From an uncultured Alphaproteobacteria bacterium (GTDB lineage: Bacteria; Pseudomonadota; Alphaproteobacteria; Rhodobacterales; Rhodobacteraceae): a stretch of 64,000 nt of DNA. The notes below the pieces were generated by a model. The model searched no databases. It was not told the origin of the DNA and was given only the letters and a program-made list of their open reading frames with translations. Shown here piece by piece: positions 57,058 through 64,000 of this stretch. The stretch is taken from NCBI GenBank assembly GCA_963844375.1, contig CAWJOI010000032.1, positions 55,221-119,220 of the forward strand. Direction: 5' to 3'. The translations under genes and the position numbers were made by a program. Numbering within the stretch: the first letter of the stretch is position 1; each line of letters opens with the position of its first letter.

Positions 57058-58520
57058 TTCTTGCGGCCGAGACCGGAGAGGCCGGGCGGGAGCGCGAGGC
57101 CCGGAGGCATCGCGCCGCCGGGAAGGCCGGTCGGCATGGCGCCGGGGCCGCCGGGCACGCCGGCTGCGCCCTTGCCGAAGAGGGCGCCGAGGCCGCCGCG
57201 CAGCAGGCCCTTCTTGCCCATGCCGCCCATCTTCTTCATCACGTCGGCCATCTGCCGGTGCATCTTCAGGAGCCGGTTCAGGTCCTGCACGTCGAGGCCG
57301 GCGCCGGCGGCGATGCGGCGCTTGCGGCTGGCCTGCAGGAGGTCGGGGTTGCGGCGCTCCTTCTTGGTCATCGAGTTGATCAGCGCGACCTGGCGGCGGA
57401 GCATGCGGTCGTCGAGGCCGGCCTCGTCCATCTGCTTCGACATCTTCGCCATGCCGGGCAGCATGCCCATGACGCCCTGCATGCCGCCCATCTTCTGCAT
57501 CTGCTGGAGCTGGCCCTTCAGGTCGTTCATGTTGAACTGACCCTTCTGGAACCGCTTCATCATCCGCTCGGCGGCCTCGGCCTCGAGGGTCTCCTGCGCC
57601 TTCTCGACCAGCGCGACGATGTCGCCCATGCCGAGGATGCGGCCGGCGATGCGGTCGGGGTGGAACTCCTCCAGCGCGTCGAGCTTCTCGCCGAGGCCGA
57701 CGAACTTGATCGGCTTGCCGGTGACCGCGCGCATGGAGAGCGCGGCGCCGCCGCGGCCGTCGCCGTCCATGCGGGTGAGGATGACGCCGGAGACGCCGAC
57801 CTGCGCCTCGAACTGGGTGGCGACGTTGACCGCGTCCTGGCCGGTGAGGCCGTCGACGACGAGCAGCGTCTCGTGCGGCTTGGTGGCGTCGCGGACGGCG
57901 GCGACCTCGGCCATCAGCTCGTCGTCGATGTGCAGGCGGCCGGCGGTGTCGAGCATCACCACGTCGTAGCCGCCGAGGGTGGCCTGCTGGCGGGCGCGTT
58001 TGGCGATGGAAACAGGGTCTTGGCCGGGGACGATCGGGAGGGTGTCGACGCCGACCTGCTGGCCGAGGATGGCGAGCTGCTCCATGGCGGCGGGGCGGCG
58101 GGTGTCGAGCGAGGCCATCAGCACGCGCTTGCCCTCGCGCTCCTTGAGGCGGCTGGCGAGCTTGGCGGTGGTGGTGGTCTTGCCGGAGCCCTGCAGGCCG
58201 ACCATCAGGATCGGGGCGGGGGGGCTGTCGATGCGGAGGTGGCCGGGCTCGCCCTCGCCGCGGAGCATGTCGATCAGCGCGTCGTGGACGATCTTGACGA
58301 CCTGCTGGCCGGGGGTGACCGACTTGGTGACGGCCTGGCCCTTGGCCTTGTCGGCGACCGTCTTGACGAAGTCGCGGGCGACGGGCAGCGAGACGTCGGC
58401 TTCGAGGAGCGCGGTGCGGACCTCGCGCAGGGCGGTGGCGATGTCCTCGTCGGAGAGGGCGCCCTGGCGGGTGAGCGAGCCGAAGACGCCGGAGAGCCGG
58501 TCGGAAAGGGTCTCGAACAT
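57054..58520 (-). CDS. ffh: Signal recognition particle protein
   Basis: GLQGSGKTTT, DTAGRLH, DGDGRGGAALS, Met-rich M domain. Confidence 0.98.
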   Translation of the reverse strand: MFETLSDRLSGVFGSLTRQGALSDEDIATALREVRTALLEADVSLPVARDFVKTVADKAKGQAVTKSVTPGQQVVKIVHDALIDMLRGEGEPGHLRIDSPPAPILMVGLQGSGKTTTTAKLASRLKEREGKRVLMASLDTRRPAAMEQLAILGQQVGVDTLPIVPGQDPVSIAKRARQQATLGGYDVVMLDTAGRLHIDDELMAEVAAVRDATKPHETLLVVDGLTGQDAVNVATQFEAQVGVSGVILTRMDGDGRGGAALSMRAVTGKPIKFVGLGEKLDALEEFHPDRIAGRILGMGDIVALVEKAQETLEAEAAERMMKRFQKGQFNMNDLKGQLQQMQKMGGMQGVMGMLPGMAKMSKQMDEAGLDDRMLRRQVALINSMTKKERRNPDLLQASRKRRIAAGAGLDVQDLNRLLKMHRQMADVMKKMGGMGKKGLLRGGLGALFGKGAAGVPGGPGAMPTGLPGGAMPPGLALPPGLSGLGRKK

Positions 58521-58534
58521 GGGCCGCCGCCCTC

Positions 58535-58628
58535 CTTGAAACGACGATCGCGCCGGTGGGCGCTACGCGCTGACCGGCGGCGATCCTGGAAGGTCAGGAC
58601 CGGAGGGTGCGGGACTCTCCGGGAACTT
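58535..58628 (-). ncRNA. Alphaproteobacterial ffh leader RNA motif
   Basis: Directly 5' of ffh; stems CCGGAGAG../..CTCCGG and TCCTG../CAGGA plus CGCCGGTCAGCG..CCCACCGGCG, resembling the motif as I recall it. Confidence 0.65.
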
Positions 58629-58720
58629 GCGGGCGATCTAGGGGAGGAAAGCGGAGAGGTCAACCCCGGATTCCGGCGGGCGCGGGGATGGGTGGGAGAA
58701 AGGCTTGGGATTACAGAGTG

Positions 58721-58787
58721 TTAGGCGAAGGCACGATGCACAAGTCATGCACAACACATGCACAACGCGTATGCGTGGTCGCCTGAA
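58721..58787. repeat. ATGCACAA 11-bp array within inverted repeat
   Basis: TGCAC at 58737, 58748, 58759; flanks TTAGGCGAAGGCACG / CGTGGTCGCCTGA. Confidence 0.8.
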
Positions 58788-58833
58788 AATGCCCTTCAGG
58801 GGCGGGCGTGGCCGGCGTGGATCAGGCGTCAGG

Positions 58834-59929
58834 TCACGGCTCGAGCGTCACCTTGATCGAGGTGGCGCCGGAGGCGACGAGGTCGATGCCCTTCTGGAAG
58901 TCGGCGAGCGGCATGCGCTGGGTGACGATCTCGTCGATGGGCAGGAGGCCCTGCTCGCAGCATGCGGATCGCCACCGGGTAGGTGTGCGGCGAGAGGTGG
59001 GCGCCGTGGATGTTCAGCTCCTTGCTGTCGCCGATGATGGTCCAGTCGACGGTGACCGGCTCGCGCATCACCGAGAACTCGACGAAGGTGCCGAGCTTGC
59101 GGATCATGTGCAGGCCGTCGACCACCGCCTGGGGGTGGCCGGTCGCCTCGATGTAGACGTCGCAGCCGTAGCCGTCGGTGAGCTTGCGCACCTCGTCGAC
59201 CACGTCGACCTTGGTCGGGTTGAGGCCGATGTCGGCGCCGCAGCGCAGCGCCATCTCGAGGCGGGCGTCGTTGAGGTCGACGGCGATGAGCTGGGCGGGC
59301 TGCTTCATGCGGGCGGCGGCGATCATGCCGAGGCCGAGCGGGCCGGCGCCGGCGATGACCACGGTGTCCTGGAACTCGATGTTGCCGCGCTGGACGGCGT
59401 GGATCGAGCAGGCGAGGGGCTCGATGAAGGCGGCGTGGTGCGCCGGCATGCCGGCGGGGACCTTGTGGTTGAGCGCGCCGACGGGGAACTTCAGGTACTC
59501 GGCCATGGCGCCGGGGGTGCGCTGGCGGAAGCCGTAGATGTCGTGGACCGCGCACATCCAGTACTTGCCGGTCAGGCAGAAGCGGCACTTCCAGCAGGGG
59601 ACGATCTGCTCGGAGACCGCCATGTCGCCGATCTCGAGGCCGTACTTCTCGCCGGCGCCGTCGCCGAGGGCGACGACCTTGCCGACGAACTCGTGGCCGG
59701 GGGTGATCGGCGGCTGGCAGTAGCCGGGGCGGTTGGCGTCGCCCCAGAAGAGCGGGGCGCCGAGGTAGCATTTGAGGTCGCTGGCGCAGATGCCGGCGGA
59801 GGCGACCTTGACCAGCACCTCGCCGGGGCCGACCTCGGGCACCGGGATTTCCTCGAGGCGGTAGTCCTCGGGGGCGTGGCAGATGACCGCGGCCATGGTC
59901 TTCGGCAGGTCGGGGAGGTTCTGGAGCAT
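58834..59929 (-). CDS. Zn-dependent polyol dehydrogenase (EltD-like; frameshift ~58955)
   Basis: GICASD, GHEF, CWKCRFC..C, GAGPLG. Confidence 0.88.
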
Positions 59930-59938
59930 GGGGTTTCC

Positions 59939-60675
59939 TCAGATGTCCTGGTTCTGCGGCAGGATGACGACGTCGCGGATGGTGACGCGGGCCGGGCGGG
60001 TCAGCATGAAGCGGACGGCGTCGGCGACGTCCTCGGAGAGGAGGCCCTCGTGCGCCTCGGCCTTCTCGGCGATCGTCCGCGGGGTCGGTGCAGGCCCCAG
60101 AGCTCGTTCAGCACGATGCCGGGCGAGACCTCGCCGACGCGCAGGCCGTAGCGGCGCGACCTGGCGGCGGAGGCCGTGCACGAAGCTCTGGATGGCGTGC
60201 TTGGTGGCGCTGTAGACCGGCTCCCAGTGCAGCGCGGCGTGGCCGGAGATGGAGCTCGTCACGATGATGTGGCCGGAGCGGCGCTCGATCATGCCCGGCA
60301 GGACGGCGCGGATGGCGCGGAAGACGCTGGAGACGTTGACCGCGATCATCTCCTCCCAGGCGGCGGGGTCGCCGTCCTCGACGTCGCCCGGGACGTAGAG
60401 GCCGGCGTTGGCGAGGAGGATGTCGATGCGGCCGAAGCGGTCGATGCACGGCGGCGACCATGCGGTCGACCTCGGCGGGGCTGGCGAGGTCGGTGGGCAG
60501 GACGAGCGTCTCGGCGGCGCCGATGGCGGCGCGGGTCGCCTCCAGGCGCTCGGCGGAGCGGGCGGCGAGGGCGAGGTGCGCGCCCTCGCGCGCCGAGCAT
60601 CCGCGCGAGCGCGCGGCCGATGCCGGAGCTGGCGCCGGTGACGAGCGCGACCTTGCCGGCGAGCGGCGTTTCCAT
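59939..60675 (-). CDS. SDR oxidoreductase (ribitol dehydrogenase-like; frameshifted)
   Basis: TGASSGIG, ANAG, WEPVYSATK, RDVVILP. Confidence 0.85.
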
Positions 60676-60738
60676 CGGACCTCCCCTGTCCCGCCCGAGT
60701 TATGCGGCGGGAGGGTGGCGACCTCAGGCCGATCGGGG

Positions 60739-61315
60739 TCAGCGGCCTCCGGCGCGGCGGTCGCGGCGGGCGGACATCGGCTGGAAGGCGACCGCGACGT
60801 GGGTCTCGCAGTAGGGCTTGCCCGGGCACGGTGGGCAGGCCGCAGAACCAGAAGTCGTCGGTGGCGGGGTCGCCGACCGGCCATTTGCAGGTGCGCTCGG
60901 TCAGCTGCATCAGGTTGAGGCGGCGGGCCTTCTTGGCGATCTCGGCGAGGTTGGCCAGCGCCTCGGCGCTGATCTCGGAAGCCGAGGGCTGCGGCGGCAT
61001 CGGCTGGCCGGGGACGGGCTTGGGGCGCACCGCCGGCATCGGGTCCTTGGCCAGCCGGGCGCGGCGGCGCGGCGGGTTGCGGCGGCGGCAGCCTCGGGAA
61101 CGGGCTCGGCGGCTCTCGAAGACGGCGGGCTCGGCCGGCGCGGCCATGTCGTCGGGATGCTCGCCGCCGACGCGGTTGGAGAGGCCGAGCCGGTGGACCT
61201 TGCCGATCACGGCGTTGCGGGTGACGCCGCCGAGTTCCTTGGCGATCTGGCTGGCGCTCTTGCCGTCGGACCACATGGATTTGAGGGTTTCGACACGTTC
61301 GTCGGTCCAGGACAT
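60739..61315 (-). CDS. gcrA: Cell-cycle regulator GcrA (frameshifted)
   Basis: MSWTDERVE, GGVTRNAVIGKVHRLGL, LTERTCKWPVGDP. Confidence 0.95.
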
Positions 61316-61576
61316 TTCGGACATGCTCCGTTCGGGCGCAATTGGCTGATGATCTGGCGCCGCCGGAGGGCTGCGCCGGAGGTTGGTGGGCATTCTATCC
61401 TCCCGCACCGGGCGGTTACAAGCGCGGGCGGAAAAATGGAGACCCGAGTGCGCCGGAGGGCGCCGGAGCCCGAATTGACTTGCGCGGGGGCTTGCGGCAA
61501 AACGGCGCTTCGCCCCACGTTCGCGGCCGCGCGTGGGGCGTTTGCGTTGGGGGCGGCCCTTTCGGGAGATTTTGCC

Positions 61577-62757
61577 GTGATACCGCCCGTCCTTCCCACC
61601 TATGCGCGGGCGCCGTTGTCCTTCGTCGAGGGGCAGGGGCCATGGCTGACCGAGGCGGGCGGCGAGCGATACCTCGACCTCGGGGCGGGGATCGCGGTCA
61701 CGGCGCTCGGGCACGCGCATCCGGCGCTGGTGGCGGCGCTGGAGGCGCAGGCGCGCAAGCTCTGGCATACCTCGAACCTCTACCAGATTCCCAACCAGGA
61801 GGCGCTGGCGGAGCGGCTGGTGGCGGCGAGCTTCGCCGACACGGTCTTCGTGACCAATTCGGGGACCGAGGCGATCGAGTGCGCGATCAAGATGGCGCGC
61901 AAGCATTTCGACCATGAGGGCCAGCCGGAGCGGGTGCCGGATCATCGCCTTCGAGGGGTCGTTCCACGGGCGGAGCTACGGGGCGATCTCGGCGGCGGGG
62001 TCGGAGAAGATGGTCAAGGGCTTCGGGCCGATGGTGCCGGGGTTCGACCATGTGCCGTTCGGCGACCTCGCGGCGATCGAGAACGCGATCCGGCCGGAGA
62101 CGGCGGCGGTGCTGATCGAGCCGATCCAGGGCGAGGGCGGGATCCGGGTGCTGCCGGCCGAGGACCTGCGGGCGCTGCGTGCGCTCTGCGACGCGCACGG
62201 GCTGCTTGCTGATCCTCGACGAGATCCAGTGCGGCATGGGGCGGACCGGCCGGCTCTTCCACCACGAGTGGGCGGGGATCACGCCCGACATCATGACGGT
62301 GGCGAAGGGGATCGGCGGGGGCTTTCCGCTCGGGGCCTGCCTCGCCACCGAGGCGGCGGCGGACGGGATGACCACGGGCACGCATGGCACGACCTATGGC
62401 GGCAACCCGCTGGCCTGCGCCGTGGGCTGCGCGGTGATGGATATCGTGACGGCGCCGGGGTTCCTCGACCAGGTGAGCCGGCTGGCCGGGCGGTTCCGCC
62501 AGGGGCTGGAGGGGCTGGTGGCGGCGCATCCGGAGGTGTTCGAGGCGGTGCGCGGCGAGGGGCTGATGCTGGGGCTGAAGTGCCGGATGCCCAACGCCGA
62601 GGTGGTGAAGGCGGGCTATGGGCAGCGGGTGCTGGTGGTGCCGGCGGCGGAGAACGTGGTGCGGCTGCTGCCGCCGCTGAACCTGACCGAGGCGGAGGCG
62701 GAGGAGGGGCTGCGGCGGCTCGACGCGGCGGCGGCGGCGCTCGAGGCGGCGGCGTGA
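61577..62757 (+). CDS. argD: Acetylornithine aminotransferase (frameshifted)
   Basis: [32 protein letters not shown]. Confidence 0.93.
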
Positions 62758-63682
62758 GGCACTTCCTCGACCTGCACACCACGCCGGCGGAGGAGCTCCG
62801 GGCGATCCTGGATGCGGCCGGGGCGATGAAGCGGGCGCGGGCGGGACAGCCGCGCGGGCGCGCCGGACGCCGAGCGGGCGCTGGCCGGGCGGGTGGTGGC
62901 GCTGGTCTTCGAGAAGCCCTCGACGCGGACGCGGGTCAGCTTCGACGTGGGGGTGCGGCAGCTCGGTGGCGAGACGATCGTGCTCTCGGGCGGCGAGATG
63001 CAGCTCGGCCACGGCGAGACCATCGCCGACACGGCGCGGGTGCTGTCGCGCTTCGTCGACCTGGTGATGATCCGCACCTTCGATCCGGCGACGCTGCAGG
63101 AGCTGGCCGAGAATGCTCGTCGGTGCCGGTGATCAACGGGCTGACCGACGCCAGCCATCCCTGCCAGATCATGGCCGACGTGATGACCTACGAGGAGCAT
63201 CGCGGGCCGATCCGGGGCGCGCGGGTGGTCTGGTCGGGGGACGGCAACAACGTCTGCTCCTCGTTCCTGCATGCGGCGGGGCAGTTCGGGTTCGACCTCG
63301 TCTTCACCGGGCCGGCGGCGTACGACCCCGACCCGGCGGCGGTGGCCTTCGCGCGCGGGCGCGGGGTGAAGGTGGAGATCGAGCGCGACCCGTTGAAGGC
63401 GGCGGCCGGGGCGGACCTCATCGTCACCGACACCTGGCTCTCGATGCACGACCCGCAGAGCGCGCGGGAGCGGCGGCATGCCATGCTGCGGCCCTACCAG
63501 GTCAACGCGGCCATGATGGCGGCGGCGAAGCCGGAGGCGCTGTTCATGCACTGCCTGCCGGCGCACCGGGAGGAGGAGGTGACGAACGAGGTGATGGACG
63601 GGCCGCCTCGGTGGTCTTCGACGAAGCGGAGAACCGGTTGCACGTGCAGAAGGCGATCTTGCGCTGGTGCCTCGGGGCTTGA
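62754..63682 (+). CDS. argF: Ornithine carbamoyltransferase (frameshifted)
   Basis: [22 protein letters not shown]. Confidence 0.95.
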
Positions 63683-63763
63683 GCCATGCGGGCTAGGCAA
63701 GAATCTCGGCCAGAGCAAGGTTGGAATCTGGCAAGAATCGGGCCGGCCGCTGGGAAAGGGCTC
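63682..63763. repeat. GGCAAGAATCT-type ~11-bp array within imperfect inverted repeat
   Basis: GAATC at 63701, 63724, 63735; flanks GAGCC..GCGGGCTAGGC / GCCGGCCGC..GGCTC. Confidence 0.65.
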
Positions 63764-63838
63764 GCCGCGCATCAAGTGTGGTGCTTTACCGGTCGGCTCG
63801 CCTCTCGGGCAGGGTTGCGGCCAGGAACGAGGATCAAG

Positions 63839-64000
63839 ATGCGCCTGACAAAGATCATTGCAGCGACCTTCGTGTCGACCAGTGCGATCGCGACATCGGC
63901 GGCCGCGGACGACACGAATTCTTCAGCCGCCTCATCGGACCGGGCGTCGACCGTTCCGCCCCGCCGGGCACCGGTGGCGGGACCAAGTTTCGTAGCATCC
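63839..64000 (+). CDS. Putative secreted protein, truncated by window
   Basis: MRLTKIIAATFVSTSAIATSAAA signal-peptide-like start. Confidence 0.45.
   Translation, partial: MRLTKIIAATFVSTSAIATSAAADDTNSSAASSDRASTVPPRRAPVAGPSFVAS

Noticed and set aside
58590-58610. GGTCAGGACCGGAGGG resembling SRP RNA domain IV
   Set aside because: On the strand opposite the ffh leader and lacks the GCAGCC arm; explained by the ffh leader stems

Overview
High-GC alphaproteobacterial chromosome segment of Rhodobacteraceae type, judged from the gcrA/argD-argF, ffh-chorismate mutase-rpsP-rimM-trmD-rplS-rpmE, mipZ, phasin-clpS and zwf-pgl-edd-eda-pgi gene orders. It carries two convergent sugar ABC operons, an alpha-glucosidase, the Entner-Doudoroff cluster, five glycosyltransferases, a decayed IS630, an accessory block (MFS, ArsR/SRPBCC, two tandem secreted beta-propellers, hydrolases, GMC oxidoreductase) and housekeeping genes. 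About 30 genes, including core ones, show single-base frameshifts that most likely reflect long-read assembly errors; coordinates span the inferred full genes. No rRNA, tRNA, CRISPR array, phage gene or intact transposase was seen. The most unusual signal is non-coding: seven intergenic loci with 2-4 tandem ~11-bp repeats, mostly inside imperfect inverted repeats. Four of them carry GANTC sites, and two are close copies of one ~155-bp element. There are also two insertion scars: a 46-bp gene-3'-end duplication around a 950-bp islet, and a 7-bp duplication around a 127-bp insert. All calls come from reading the sequence; no searches were run.
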